A stretch of DNA of 64,000 nucleotides from Amoebidium appalachense (GCA_963693365.1 CAVNZM010000016.1:6865029-6929028); one strand, 5' to 3'; shown: positions 15,249 to 45,325, counted from the first letter of the stretch. The notes: generated by a model from the sequence alone, not told the origin. Translations and numbers: made by a program.

Positions 15249-16325
15249 AAAAAAGAACAAAAAAGAAATCCCCAACCCACCCATTTTCAGTTTTCAATCG
15301 CTGAAATCATCCATTAAGTCCTTTTTGTTAACACTGTGTGCGTGTGTGCGTGTGTGTGTGTGCGTGTGTGCGTGTGTGTGTGTGTGTGTGTCACGTGTGT
15401 GATAAGCGGGGAGAGGTTGATGGAGGGGAAGTTTCTACGTGAATAACGGTGGCGGTCACCGGGAGGGTGAGCCGGCAGGAAGGCACGGCCCCGGAAAGCC
15501 ACGTGATAGATCCACTCGGCCTCCTCCTGCAGCTCCTCATCTGACACCTGGCCCTCCCCTCGCTTGATGTGCGATAGCTGCACATGCACCCCACATCAGT
15601 ACACCCAGTTTGACAATCACAAAGTGCACCACGGATTCCCAGACCAACACGGAAGTCCAATACCGTCTCTCTCTTTCTCCCTCTCACCCCTCCCCCACTC
15701 TCACCCTGTCACACACACACACACACACACACACACAACACCTCAGTCCTCTCCCCCTCCCCAACACCACCTACAAGAAGTTCAAAAATACAACCAAGAT
15801 GCAAACAGACCTGTATGCGCTCGGGGATGTCTGTGGTCTTGATCTCCTCATCCTTCTTGGTCATCATCTTCTGCTCCAGCACCGTCGGCTCGTACATCTG
15901 CACACAACAAATTAGCAACTCAGCCTTGAAGTGATGATTGGCGTCTCTTGATAGGAAATCAACACCAGCCAGTATCTTTGCCATAGACATCTCCCCCCCC
16001 CCCCCCCCCCAATGGAAATCAACACCAGCCAATATGCTGCCATAGACCCCCCCCCCCCCCCCCAAAAAAAAAAAAAAAATAGAAAAAAAGGAAAAAAAAA
16101 TAAAGGAGAAGAAGGAGAACAAGAAGTATGACAGGATATCCCTCATCCCTCATCCCCCCTCCCCCCCCCCCTTCTTCGCCCCCCTTCCCTCCAAATTCTA
16201 CAAGAAAGCTTGAAATCACCTTCCTGCACCATTCCACTTCCCAGTGTTATTTTATGCAACTGTTCTCCTTCAAGGTAGTTTCGTCGTTCACTAACCGATC
16301 CTGTTTATCTTTCTTCTCTTGTCAA

Positions 16326-16377
<52 letters not shown>

Positions 16378-16771
16378 TCCGGGACCCCCCCCCCCCCCCC
16401 CCAAAAAAAAAAAAACCAAAAAAAAAAAAAAAAAACCACACAGTCACACTGCATGGCACACACAGTCCCCATTTATCACTTTTGTTTCCAATTTACAACC
16501 CCCTTGTCCAGTTTTCTTCCCCTATCTTTCTATATGCTCTATGCATTGGCAGGGGTGTCCTACGTCCTCAATGTCCTTCTTCTTGCGGCGAGGGAACTCC
16601 GCATCCTCCTCATCCTCGTCCTCGTACTCGTGGTAGTCCCTCTCCTGCCCGCCCTCCTCGTGGTCCATCCACTCGTCAAAGTTTCCGTCACCTGCACCCG
16701 GTTCATTCAGCCATCCCCTCGCGTATTTTCCTTCTTCATATGCTCTCCCTCCCCACCACAACCACCACCAC

Positions 16772-16802
<31 letters not shown>

Positions 16803-16835
16803 ACGCACCCTGCCCCTAACCCCCCTCCCCTGTCC

Positions 16836-16866
<31 letters not shown>

Positions 16867-19061
16867 GGCAGGGGGATGATGCCAGATAGACCTCTCTGCC
16901 GGTAATATCCTGATATACCATCGACCCTGCTCCGATAACACCTAATCCCCTTCGTTGCCCCTCACAAACACCATCAAAATGCCGTTTATCCCTCAAAAGT
17001 CCCCCAACCATCCCACCATCCTTCAAAACCCCGCCACACTCCACACTTCCACACTAATGCCCACAACCTTCCCACTATCCCACACAGACCCAAAAGCCCC
17101 GCTCACCAAAGACCTCCTAAACTCCCCCCCAAAAGTTTCCACCCATCTTGAAAGATCCCATAACAACCCCTCCCACCATACTTTCTACCACTCACCGAAG
17201 ATCTCCATGGCATCATAAGCATCAGCGCCATCCTCCCCACGGTCATCTCCCACCTCCCTGTCGGGGCGGTCAGCAATGAAGTCGTCAATGTCATCGACCT
17301 CTCCCTCCTCCTCGTTAAAGAAATCCTCGTCCCTCCTCCTCCTCCTCTGCTCCGTGTCTGACCCCATGCCCAGGTCATCCTCATCCTCATCCGCTCTCCG
17401 CACGGGGCCCCTTGCGGATGCGCTTCAGCTTGGATCCCTGCTCGTTCCCGATACCATGATTCAGCACTCTGGGGTGAAATTTATCCAAATTCTAGCTATC
17501 ACCCCCCCCCCCCCCCCCCCCCGCACTCCCCCCCCCCCTTCTCCCTCCACCCCCCTCCCCCCTTCCCTGCCTGCCTCCGCCGCCGCCCCCCGTTTCCCCC
17601 TTCCCCCTTGGAGCTATCTTCAAAAGCCTAGGAACTGCAGTAATGTCTTGAACTAGCCTCTCGTCGTGCTGCTTGTTTCCTCTCCCTAACTCCCCCCTTC
17701 CTCCCCCCCTCGCTTTCCCCCCTTTCCCCCCATCCCTCGGAGAAATGGAGTTCGACACAAGACCAGAAAAGCTCTAGTCTAGAGCCCATGCACTGATATT
17801 AAAAAGATAATATAGAAATGCAGTGAGGAATCGCACGGAAAAGTGGGACTGAGCACCTCGTCGTCACGGGAGATGCCCAAGTTTTCCTCCAGAAGGGCCA
17901 AGTCTTCATCGTCGACCTCTTCCTCATCTGCACCCCCAGCTACACTTAGTACCAGAAGTGAAACAAGCACCGACATATAGCAACTTGTATAGCTGGGAAG
18001 CTGCTACACGTGCACATGTGCAGAAGCAAGACCATTATTCGAACAGAAGCCCTTTTACCCCGTGCACCATCCTAATACAAGAGGGGGACTTACAGCGACG
18101 GCGCTTCTTGTCCTTCCGCTTCTTCCCCTCGTCCTCCTCGTCATCATCTTTCTCCTCATCCTCCGAATCGTCGTCAGATCGGGGCTTTCGTTCCTTTTTT
18201 TTGGGTTTCTCCTCCTCTTCAGAATCACTTCCACTACCCTTCTTTCCTCCCTCACTTTCACTACCACTGCCCCCACTTAAAGACGCCTTTCTCTTTCTGC
18301 CACTATCTCCCTCACTCTCACTGCCACTGCTGCTAGCGCGGCGGGCAGGCTTCTTCTTGTTGGTCTCACCTTCCGACCTGCACATGGAACACGACAAGGT
18401 AGAGTAAGACAGAGGTGCACAAGAGCAAATGATGTCCAGCAGAAGAACACGAGCATTTCCGTTGCCAAAAAGGCTCTTGGTTGCTCCTTTTGTTCTTCAG
18501 CTGTTCCTTTTTGATAAATGTACCTCGGCAAGAACTGTGTGGTGCTCACCTAACTAAAACAATTGAAACGGTGACCAACCGGGGGGAGCAAGAAGACCGA
18601 TGCCAAGAAACCAGCTAATCTCTTCCCATGCAACCTGCTTGAAAAAACACGGCGAACTTTATACGAAACACGACGCAAACACATACACACCGACAGTTCA
18701 ACCCACATCCAGAAAACAAGAACACAATCCCATGTGGTAGACGTGAGAGAGCCCCGTTGTCATCAGATTTTACAGCCACATTCTTCGTATCATTGACAAA
18801 GCCTACTGCCTCAGTTTTATTTAACCAAAATTTGCCTGAGAAATGAAAGTTCACTAGTCAAGCGACGTGTGTCCTTTGCTTGACGAAACTCATTTGAACC
18901 CAACAAGGTCCCTCTTGCCGACACAGGTGGCATTCCCTCACTCACTCTAAAGCTTACCTTTCAGAAGCCGAGCCTTCATCCTCCGAATCTGACTCCAGAA
19001 TACGACGGGGAGGCTTCCGCGTCTGGCGGGGAACGTCAGACTCCTCTCCCGAAGACGACAT
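549..19061 (-). CDS. SPT6: Transcription elongation factor / histone chaperone SPT6, multi-exon; 3' end (SH2 region) continues past the left edge of the window
   Basis: ATG at 19061 (MSSSGEESDVPRQ...), then acidic N-terminal exons. Spt6-typical exon peptides follow in order on the minus strand: YEPTVLEQKMMTKKDEEIKTTDIPERIQ (~15.85 kb), ELQEEAEWIY, VPFIYHYRQEYL..LWHIHDW (~14.5 kb), EYAPLKFIKDKPLSAF (~10.5 kb), WNEQRAALIKAL (~9.5 kb), KEEFPEYP (~6.77 kb), CLLQFVAGFGPRKALEM (~5.18 kb), KVFENCAGFI, LDCTRIHPESYKYARKIAKDAL (~4.1 kb), LIREELRHPYRDHR (~2.89 kb), S1-like VIKNVDMEKFTVELS|CMSSDL (~750 and 549-596). The boundaries checked are GT-AG. Not every exon was mapped. Confidence 0.93.
7767..7978 (-). 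mobile_element. Dispersed repeat family, copy B (5'-truncated, ~212 bp), in an SPT6 intron
   Basis: On the minus strand it ends ...TTTTTGACGCATTCAAA followed by a run of about 23 C. Near-identical to copies A, C and E. Confidence 0.85.
13601..13783 (-). mobile_element. Decayed or related copy of the repeat family, in an SPT6 intron
   Basis: Contains TACGAAGTACACAA and GAAGAGTATGCATCACAAGCAGAGCCCATTCT, matching the family in the same order with a longer spacer. Confidence 0.55.
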
Positions 19062-19585
19062 CTTCCCCGTGAAAAGGAGAACGGGGGCAGAGGGTTGAGA
19101 TGTGTGCTGCTGGCTCTGCCCGCTCCCAACTTGAAAGGGGTTGAGGCACCCAAGCAACTAACCTTCTCCAAGCCACTAACCTACACTATATCGCACTCAG
19201 CGTAATATTCTTGCACTCCCTGACTTTAGCTCTATGTTTTCCTAGAGAAAGGTGATAGAATGCTGGAGCTCACGTTGGAACTGTGTCTTGTGCCAGCCAA
19301 CATGCTCAAGTTGACCGAAACAGTGTAGCCTATTTGAGTATTATGCAATCATGAGGATTGCACAACATCCGCCACAAAACGCCCGAAATACCGATTTATG
19401 GAGATAAAAAGCAAATTTGCAGGCGCCATACGGCCCTGTTGATACAATTTGGCCAACTATGGTGATATGAGTACGCGCCGTCCATGGTTGTTACGTAAGC
19501 GTACCTTCCTGTGGAATCTTTTTCCTGCTTTCAATTTATTCCGTTTCATTCCGAAAGTTTCTTGGTCTTTTCTTTTGCTTTCTTG

Positions 19586-19631
<46 letters not shown>

Positions 19632-20075
19632 GAATGGGGGGGGCGTGAGAGAGAGGGAAAGAGAGAGGTAGGAAAAAGTGGGGGGTGGGGGGAGGGGGGG
19701 GGGGGAAAGGGGGGAGGGGCATGGGGAGGGAGGAGGGTGCTGCATAAGAAAAATGGCCTAAAGAGGAAGAAGGCGGGGAGAGGGAGGGAGAGAAGGAGAG
19801 TTGATTGTTGGGAGGTCGGGATAAATGGGAAGGGAATAAAGAAGGAAGGTGCTCCGAAGAGTTGGAAGACGTGTGCATGATTGCTGGCACATCAGAAGGC
19901 ATTGCGGCTGTTCCAAAAAAAATAAAAATTTAAAGGTTAAGAGAGTTGGGACGATCCTGACTGCCCCACGCCGGCATACAACGAATCGACTTGGCTTGAT
20001 CATCAAAGTTAGGAGAGGAACAAGATCAATCGTTTTTTTGGAGGTGTGTGGTTTGAGGGCAGCCGGGAATGCCCC

Positions 20076-20108
<33 letters not shown>

Positions 20109-21519
20109 AACCCCCCTCTCTCTCTCCCGCCCTTTCCCACCCCCTCCCCCCCCTTCCCCCCTAGAGGCCAAATGGTTTTTCAAGGTACCTTCATCTGTAA
20201 CGTCAAAGCTTTATGATATAGTCAAGGATACAAATGTCGCTATGTAGAAACATACACACAAACCTCAACGTCTACATCCTTTCACTGGATTGTCCTTCAA
20301 CGACATGTACAAGCTTTCTAACGGCACAGTTGCCTTCGGTGGAGCGAGCCCAGTGGCTCTGTAGTACAAGGGTGCTACACCAGCACAATTGTGAATTCAT
20401 GGATATATTCCGTTGGCACTGCAATGTAAGTGTGGACGATAAAGGTTCCAGACTCAACGTTGTAAGCGTGTCACCTTCCAACTCGCTTCTCCACTTCCGC
20501 TTCCATAATTCTGAACCGCTTCGTTGTTCCGAGACGGATTCCATTTCTCTCCAAGAAGCTGTCGAGAGTTATCCTTCTCCCTCTCCTTTCTCTGTCTACT
20601 CCCCCCCCCCCCCCCCCCTTCCCCGCCGCCCCTTCTCCCCCCCTCCCCCCCTCCCCTTTCTTCGCCGCTCGTCGTGTCCATGAGCAGGACAATGGGCCCA
20701 CGAGTTCAATGGCGTGGTGTGATGTTTTCGGGACGAGTGCATAGCTGCTATGTGCGCAGTTAGCATTTATATTTTTTTAAGCTGTGGACAAGTCATATGA
20801 TTACCTCAGAGCACTACTAAGTCGAATACGAAGGCCAGTCAGTGGCAATGTGTGGGACTTAGGGCCACTAGTACTGGTGCTTATCAGCCATCCGCATAGT
20901 CGACACGTGTCTACTATTTAACCTCTCTCCTCCCAACGAGTCCCACCCAGGCTCCCCCTCCCTCGCCTCCCCCAGCACCTCCTCTCCCCCTGTCCCCCTC
21001 CCCCCTCCTCCAGCACTTTATGATACCCCCCTTCCCTCCCCCCGTCCCCCCTCCGCCCCCTCCCTCCCCCCTCCCCCCCTCCCCCTGCCCGCCATCCCCA
21101 CCAAAAGAATAAACAACAACCGAAAACTCCATGTCCAACCACCCACCTGCCGGCACCACTAGATCACCACTGCCACACATCCACGCCCTGACTCTTTCAC
21201 AAAACCCAACTCCACAAAGCTGAGCTACTTCATGTTACGTGTGTCTACGGAGCGGAGCGGGCCTGGCGCCTTAGAACAGGCATGAATTGAAAGATGGCCG
21301 GAGGGCGATGTTTTTTTTTTTTCTTTTTTTTTAAGAGTGAGGCACTGAACTGCCGCAGAGTCTGACTTGGCCAAAAAGCAAATTTTTAATGTCACCACTG
21401 AATCGATCACAGCAAAGAGCCAATCAAAAACAGTAAATGTTGTCCCCTCATTTCTATTCCCACAATCAAACACCCAAAAAGCGTTTTTCTCATAAACCTT
21501 TTACAGCCCATTCCCAGGT

Positions 21520-21712
21520 ATCGCTTCTCGGCCTTTTGGCTAAGATCAAGTGTAGTATCTGTTCTTATCAGCTTAATATCTGATATGGGATCTACGGATC
21601 CCGATCAATATTAAACTTATTTTTGTGCCCTGGTCATATGTTCTGAGCTTGCTCAAACTATGGCCGCACGTGGCCCTGGTATCGCACTACCTCCAGGGCT
21701 GCGGGGTTCCCC
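21520..21712 (+). ncRNA. U2: U2 spliceosomal snRNA
   Basis: Starts ATCGCTTCTCGGCCTTTTGGCTAAGATCAAGTGTAGTATCTGTTCTTATCAG, the canonical U2 5' end with branch-point recognition sequence GTAGTA. Sm-like site ATTTTTG at ~21619. Stem-loop IV-like CCCTGG-TATCGCACTACCT-CCAGGG near the 3' end. Length ~190 nt; 3' end approximate. Confidence 0.97.
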
Positions 21713-22169
21713 TTCTTGTGAAGCTGAAAATAATGAAAGCTCCCACTCACACGCAATGTCCCTCATGCCCATACCCATCATTATGATGCTTCCCCACCAA
21801 AGGATTGCAGGCCTCACCTCTAATCTCAACCTTTCTCCATCTCATGGTGTTATGTCTCTCTCTGTTTCAATGTGTGTGTTTTGTCTACCGGTGCACCGTT
21901 CTGTGTCAGACAACAATTTTGTCCAGCCGACTGCGGTAAACAATTTACGTGATTTTTGGCCAATCTGAAATGTTTGCGCAAACACACGGATGGAGTTTAC
22001 AATAAAAAGTGTGTAAACCCCACGGATGGACGTAGTGTGTGTGTATGGGCGGGGAGGACGGTGTATGTGTGTATGTGTGTGTTTTGCCTACCGTTCTGTG
22101 ACAGACAACAGTTTTGTGTACCGTTCAATAAATATGTTTGCGCAGTTGTGCGTGTGCACGTGCGTGTGT

Positions 22170-22205
<36 letters not shown>

Positions 22206-22402
22206 ATGTGAAAGGGCGGGGGGGAGGGTGTATGTGTACGTGTGTGTGTGTGGGTGGAAGGGGGGGGAGGGGGAGGGGGAGGGGGGGGGGAGGGGGGGAG
22301 GGGAGGGGGGAGTGGATGTTTGGGTGGGTGGGTGGGTGGGTGGTGGTGGTGGTGGTGGTGGTGGTGGTGGTGTGTGTGTGTGTGTGTGTGTGTGTTGGGT
22401 GG

Positions 22403-22433
<31 letters not shown>

Positions 22434-22434
22434 T

Positions 22435-22483
<49 letters not shown>

Positions 22484-23102
22484 GACTATGCTGCTACGTA
22501 AGCCTATGGACATGTTTATACGACTGCACGAAATTCGATTTTTTACATTGTTCAGATACACAGTGGCACCAGCACTGCTGTATCCAATTGCATGTTCAAA
22601 CATTTTCCTCTGCATTCATTATATTATCAAACTACACCACATTCATATTCGCGCATGTTGAAAAAGTGAATACTAGTTCACGCATATGTGCGTGTTGAAA
22701 GCGGAACGGTGTGATCTGCACGTCTTCATTCGCACCACATGCTAAACACTTCAATATACGTGCGACCACCAGAAAAAGCGAGAGAATAAAAATGAGCCCA
22801 TGTCACGGCTGGGCCACATCCCCCTAAACAATCTAGAGTGCAATCTAGGGTGCAGCTACACCTCTGGTGCCAGCCAGGATTTTGCCTTCAACCATGGGGT
22901 GTTGGCACATGACATATATCGTTTTGGGTGGTCTATCGGCAGCTCACAACTAGGCCTTTGGCTTCCTGTGGGTGTAACCAGGTTAATTAGAGTAGTATAT
23001 CAATTATCTAACTTAACTAGAGCAGTGAATACATGACCAGGCGGCAGTTTGATGGAAAAAACTGGCACGGGCTTGCATGATGTACGCAGGTGTGAGAACA
23101 AA

Positions 23103-23136
<34 letters not shown>

Positions 23137-24050
23137 TTGGTGCATAGGGCTGTTGAAGGTCTCTATTAAGTTCTTATCTTTTCCGAAGGGGATAAGAGAA
23201 TATAAGGGTTCATGCGTGTGAAATGGTAGTTTGAAAGCTGTGGAGTGTGTGCGGGGGGGTGGCATTATACCCGGGGGAGAACTCTGTGTGTGAGGTTGTT
23301 TTCATAAGGTTTCACATCAATCTCGTTGTTGGCTAAGTTGTTCTAGCGTGTGAAAATGAATTTACTGCAACAAAGCACTTCCATAAACACAGTATGTGTC
23401 ACAATATCTACACTGTCATTTATCGTACATAGTCTGTCCACAGCCATCCTTTCACCCCATTTTTCATCTTTCTCTCTTTTTTTTGTGTGTACACTTGCGC
23501 GCGGGCTTTCGTGCAGATGTGCGATAGTGTTGGGGATTTGGGTGGAAGGAAGAAGTTTTTTTGGACTTTCATCTTTGCTACGTTAGTTTTCCAAATCCCT
23601 ATAACATGATGGGAAGCCGCATTCCACGCTCTTAAGAGTGCATTTTCCCGACCATTAAGCTCCCGGGGTGTGCATGGGAAGTCAGATGCAGCAAAAGATG
23701 CTCGGGGAGAGGGCGGGCGGCCAGGGGGGAGGGGAGAGGGGAGGGGGGGGGGGGATGAAGGGAGGAGGGGGATTAGAACTGGAGGAGGAGGAGGAGGGGG
23801 GGGGGGGAGGGGGGGTGAGGAAAGAAAAAAGGGGGGAGGGGAGGAGGATGGGGAGGGGAGGATAGGGGGAGGGGGGAGGGGAGGGGGGGAGGGGGGAGGA
23901 TGATGTGTTACTGAGTAGGAGGTACACAGCCACGGCGGGCGACACGATGCAAGTTTCGCAAGAGCATACCGGGGGGAGGAGGGGGCGAAGGGAGGGAGGA
24001 GGGATGAAGGAGAGGGGGGCTTAATAAGCAGCTGCGGGTAGGCGGGAGAA

Positions 24051-24085
<35 letters not shown>

Positions 24086-24091
24086 TCATAC

Positions 24092-39703
<15,612 letters not shown>

Positions 39704-40345
39704 CTTGTTCGGAGAAGAAGGGGGACCTGTCAAAGCTACAATATAGAGCCATCCCCTAATTACTTCCAAGCAACATCGGCTGCGGACGCCTGTGTGGCCC
39801 AAGCTCCGTCCACTTTGAACTATCCAAAACACTCCTCTATCATGAATGACCTTTGACTTCTCCGTTATCTAGAACAACCGAAAAAACCTCACTTAAGATC
39901 CGTGGGCTACAAACCCAAAGGCAGAAGCAACATTTTATAAAAGAGTCTCTATTATATAAAGCTCACGAATTGAAAGCCTGACTTCACATGTTTTTCTGTT
40001 TTCTCCGCGCAAGTTTTGTGTCTGTGAGCCGTGCACAGAACATCACGTAATCGCTGGAAACCAGCGCACGTGGATTTTGGCGCGGTTTTTGCGACCATCT
40101 AACGCTTGTGACTTTAAATACTTGCAGCTTTAACATCGAATCAAATCGAACAATTAAAATGTAACACCGAATCTCTTATAACTCGCGCTAAAAAAAAGCC
40201 CGGCGCGCACATCGCGCACATGTACAGAGATTTGTACTGGTCACAAGAAAAGTTTGGCACGTCGTTTTGTGGGCCCTCAGAAATCATTCAACTCACTCAT
40301 CTTCTAGGTTTTTGGTCTAGTTTTGGTTAGCATACTAACGCAATC
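39704..40345. promoter_or_regulatory. Putative bidirectional promoter between REXO1 and La
   Basis: 642 bp separate two divergent ATGs. The region lacks the long C/G tracts seen elsewhere. It contains an AT-rich TATATAAA (~39953), CGCG-rich motifs and an E2F-like TTTGGCGC at 40076-40083. Function is inferred from position only. Confidence 0.55.
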
Positions 40346-42179
40346 ATGGCTGATAACACTGCCAAGATCCAGAAGCAGGTGCTGGTAGGTGACCCGTGGT
40401 CCTTAGCCTTTACATGTCTTAGGTTGTGGGTTTGCTTGATGGGGGGGCCTGAATTGGCTAAGCAAGGGTGCACCACGTAATGACATGTATTTAACTACGC
40501 TTTGAGCCACCAACTTTTCTTGGCGTGCGCCTCATTCCCTTACCCTGTTCTTTCCCATAGACCTTACTACACAATCACACTCTTATGCATAGTGAATCAT
40601 ATGATAGGCACACTAGCTGGCATCCTCGGATGCACATGCACATTCACACGCATTATACTCAAACACACCAATACACACAGTGCACGTGCGTCACACGGGC
40701 CCATTCCCACTGAAAGCATCATATATGCTCGCTGTCATTGGCACACTTCACCAGCTGTAACCAAGCTGTTAGTACATGCCAAACTACACCCACACAACAT
40801 ATGCCTGCTTGCGAGCACACACACATTAATACTTACACTCCGCCCTTGCAGTTCTACTTCAGCGATGCCAACGTCGTGAAGGACAAGTTCCTTAAGGAGC
40901 AGATTGGAAAGAACGACGAAGGATGTATCCGCTTAATCGCCTGTGTGTGGATTTACAGAGTGTGTGTGTGGTCGTGGGACATGTGTACCCCCCCCCCCCC
41001 CCCCCCGCCACACACACACCTTTAGTCCTATCTGCAGCTGAGCAGATTCCCGTTAGGTGCACCCCTTTGGCACATCCTTTATTCTCGAGCCCTGCCCTTT
41101 ACCCTGTAAACATATTACTCAGGCCACACACACACACACACCCCTCACCTTCTTCGCCCTTCGCCCTCCGCCCTCAGACTCCCTGCCCTCAGACTCCTCA
41201 TCTCATCGATACAACCAAGTTCCCCCCCGCCTCCCCCTTTACCCCCTTTTTTGCCCCTCCCCGTGCTATTCCTTGACTTTTTGTCAGGGGTTGACCTGGA
41301 CGTGATTTACTCGTTCAACCGTGTCAAGCAGCTGGCCCCCACCAAGGAGGACTTTGTGGACGCTCTCAAGTCCATCGAGTCCGACCAGGTCCAGGTGCGT
41401 GCAAGGGGAGGGGGGGGGAGGGGGGAGGGGGGGGGCACATCGTGAGATGAGAAAGGTTACATGTGTTGTGGTGGGAAGGGGGAGGGGGGGGGGTAGAGTT
41501 TTGCAATGCAGAGAGGGTGTGTCTATGGGAAGTGGTGGTGTGTGTGGGGGGGGGGGGGGGGGGGGGGGGAAGGGGAGGGCTCGAGTTATTCAAATATTAG
41601 AGATGACAGGAGGATGGCTTTTTTGGAGGGGGGGAGAGGCGAGGTGTGGGGCTATGGGGGAGAGGGAATGTATGCGTATTTTTTGTTTTGTTTTTGTTTT
41701 GTTTTTTTTTGGGGGGGGGGGGGGGGGGGGGGGGGGGCAAGCAAGTGAGTGACCGTTGTTTTGATCTGCAGCTGGACGAGGAGTTCAAGCGGATTCGCAG
41801 GACAAACCCCATCCCGGGAGAGTATGACGACAGAGCACGCAGCATCTACGCCGTACGTGCACACACACATGGCCGTGCATGTAGACAGACGGACAGACAG
41901 CCAGACACTTGTGCATGTAGACACATACACACACACACAGGCAGAGAGATGCCAAAACAAACTTGTTGACACATGGACGCAGTTGCTATGCTTATAGCGT
42001 AACACAAACCTCTCCCAATCATGTTCCCAACACACACTCCTAGCCACACAACCGACCCTTCCCATTTCTGTGTCTAGATTTTTTTGTACACCCAGATATG
42101 GCCGGTACAGACATCATTTGACTCCGCACACACCCACACACACACAATCATGCACACACACGCACACAAGCACATTCAT

Positions 42180-42224
<45 letters not shown>

Positions 42225-43733
42225 AACCCGTACCTCCCCTTGTTCCATGCCACTACCCCCCATTGTCTCCATCCAGCATACTGACTGCATGTATTTGCAG
42301 AAAGGGTTCAGCAAGGGGGTGACGCTAGAGCAGCTAGAGGAGTTCTTCTCCCAGCACTGCACCCCAAAGGTCATTCGCCAGCGCAGGTTCCCCAACGGCA
42401 AAGACTTTAAGGTACATGGGTGTGTGTGTGTGTGTGGGTTGGGGCGAAGGGGGAGGGAGTGGGGTGGGTGGAGGGGGGGGTAAGCTGAAAGAGATGAGTG
42501 GTGGAGGAAGAGTAATGAGTGGCGGCTTTGGATGTGCGGGCTGGTGGGAGGGGGTGGAGGATGGTGGCGTACAGGCGAGGGGGCGCGGGGGGAGGGGGGG
42601 GGGGGGGGGCAGGGAGAGTCGGATTGTTCGGATTTGGATGTCGGGACAGGGTGGTGTCTTTTAGGGTGTTTGGGTGGGGTGTGTGTGTGTATGGGGGGGG
42701 GGGGGGGGGGGAGGGACTCATGAAGAGGGTCCGAGGCAGAGAATGTATGTGGATGTAAGGGGAAGTCGTCTGGAGGCCTGGCCGGGGGGCGGGAGGGGGG
42801 ATTGGGGGGGGAGGGGGGGGGGGGGGGGGGGGGGGATACTTCCTTGGGTTGTTCTTGCTTGAGAGTGTCTCGTGCTTGCTGCTTTTGGAAGGTCTGCCTC
42901 TGTCTGCCATTTGCTCCCAGTAGAAGCTGGGAGAACGGGAGGGTAGAGAATAGGTTGTGTTGCCTTCCTTCTTGTTGCTCGAGGGTGATTTGGAGCCTTG
43001 GCATTGGTGGGGCAGTGTGTGTGCGTGTGTGTGTGTGCACTAACACCTGCATGCACAGGACTCCGTGTTTGTTGAGCTGGGCAGTGAGGAGGAGGCACAG
43101 GAGTTGGCCAAGAAGGAGAAGCTGACATACGAGGGCACAGACATCAAGCTCGAGATGAAGTATGTTTCTTTTCTTTTCTTTTTTTCTGGGAGGGGGGGGG
43201 GAAACAAAGATTGGGGCCTTTGATGTGGGTAAGGTGGGTTGGAGATGTGTGGGGAGGGCAGGAGGGACAAGGCTTTTTTTTAAATTATTATTATTGTTGT
43301 TGTTGTTGTTGGGGGTTGGTGGTGGTGGTGTGTTTGGGGGGAGGGGGGGGGGGGAAGACTGTTGGGTTGTTCTGCAGTGTTTGCCAGAGAGGTGTGTGGG
43401 TGTGAGTGATATCGACAGTCGGAAGTGTGCAGGGTAGAGTCAAGGCAACGGTCAATATCCCCCCCCCCCCCTCTCCCCCCCCCCCCCCCCCCCCCCCCAC
43501 CACCACCACCACCACCACCACCACCCCCCCCAAAAAAAAGTGGATGCACACAAAAAAGCAGAAATCAAAACGATGCATGCTTGCCGCATGCCCCCTATCA
43601 CTAACGCTGCCCATCCCTCTTCTCCCCCCCCTTCCCCTTCCACCCACCCACAGGAGCGACTATCTGGCACGGAAGGCAGAGGAGTACAAGGAGAGGGTGG
43701 CAGCACGCACAGCAAAGAGGAGGAGGTGGGGGT

Positions 43734-43765
<32 letters not shown>

Positions 43766-43817
43766 TGGTGTGTGCAGATAGGTGGATGTGAACATGTGTG
43801 GGTGTGTTTTTTATTTA

Positions 43818-43860
<43 letters not shown>

Positions 43861-44022
43861 AAAATTGGGGGGGGGGGGAGGGGGGGGGGGGGGGGGGCAG
43901 GCTTCGAGATTGACTGAACATTTGGGTGGAGAGCGAACAAAGTGAATGTGCTTTGCTGTGATTGAAGGTTTTGCTTCTTCAGCAGGAGGGCACTGTTTTT
44001 TTATTATAATTATTATCAGGAA

Positions 44023-44054
<32 letters not shown>

Positions 44055-44541
44055 CTGTTGGTTGAGGAAGGGCCGTAAGAGACAATTGGGGGGCAAAGGG
44101 GGGGGGGGGGGGGGGGGGGGATAATTCTGTGTGGTGATGAGTTTTTCTAGAGGGAGACAATAAGATGTGCTTCTTGGAGTGGCTGGTGTGTGGTGCTTTT
44201 AGATGAGAGCAAAAGCAGAGGATGTGTAGAAAGGGGTTGTATGTGTGTGTGGGGGGGGGAGGGGGGAGGGGGGGAGGGGGGAGGGGGCGGGTTACTTCGC
44301 AAATGAGCAACAGTATACGTTGTGGATAGTGCACCTGGAGGGGGGGGGGGGGGGGGGGCTCTGACTGGGTATTGACTTTATTGTTTGGCGAGCAGAAGAA
44401 GAAGAGTGTGGTTACAAGGGAGGGCTGTGTGATTACCGTTACTGGCTTGTCAGAGGAGGCTACAAGGGAGACCCTCACCGTACGTGCACCCTACACACAT
44501 GCACACACATACAGACACGTGCGCTCGTTCACACACACACG

Positions 44542-44585
<44 letters not shown>

Positions 44586-44751
44586 CACACGTGCGCCAAA
44601 TACACATTGACACACACAAGCCCACACACACTTCACCATGGCCGTTCCAGTGTGAACACACATCATGCAAGTATGTTGAACTTGTGAGCAAGTTGCAGGA
44701 GCTGTTGTAGCAAATTGCAGATGACAAGGTTAAGAGAATACTGGCATTTAG

Positions 44752-44789
<38 letters not shown>

Positions 44790-45294
44790 TGCTCGGCCAT
44801 GCAAACACCCGTATGTTTTCTAAGAGGTACTGACACAATAACATTTTCACCTCCCTGCCGGCATGTCGCTAGTGAAAGTGGGCTTGCTATGGCGCCTTTT
44901 ATACGGTTGCTATGTATGCCTGGGTTGAACTGTAATTTCGGCTTGGAATCTCTGTCTGCCTCCGTGTGTGGAGTGGTGGTGGTGGTTGGTGAAAGGGGGG
45001 GGGGGAGGGGGGTATGTTAAAGGCACGAGTATATAACTATGTGTGGTGTGCAGGAGGTGTTTAAGGCCTACGGGGAGGTGGACTACATCATGTTCCAGAA
45101 GGGGGAGGAGACGGCCACCATCCTCTACAAGGAGGCAAACGCAAAGGAGGTGGGTGTGGTGCTGTGTTTGGATGTGGTTTTGTTTGGGGGGGGGGGGGGG
45201 GGGGGGGGGGGGCTGTGTCCGTGCATGTGTGCGTGTTGGAGGACGGGGAAAGGGGGAAGGGGGTGGTCAGGGATGGGGCGGGTGGGTGGAGAGG

Positions 45295-45325
<31 letters not shown>

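Noticed and set aside
15955-16065. Short tandem duplication GAAATCAACACCAGCCA..GCCATAGAC-(C)n x2, and similar small duplications at ~30304/30374 and 55730-55890
   Set aside because: Ordinary local slippage duplications with no evidence of function.
19449-20763. Protein-coding gene between SPT6 and U2
   Set aside because: Only short ORFs with no recognisable motif or consistent splice pattern, interrupted by low-complexity tracts. It may be decayed mobile DNA but cannot be supported.
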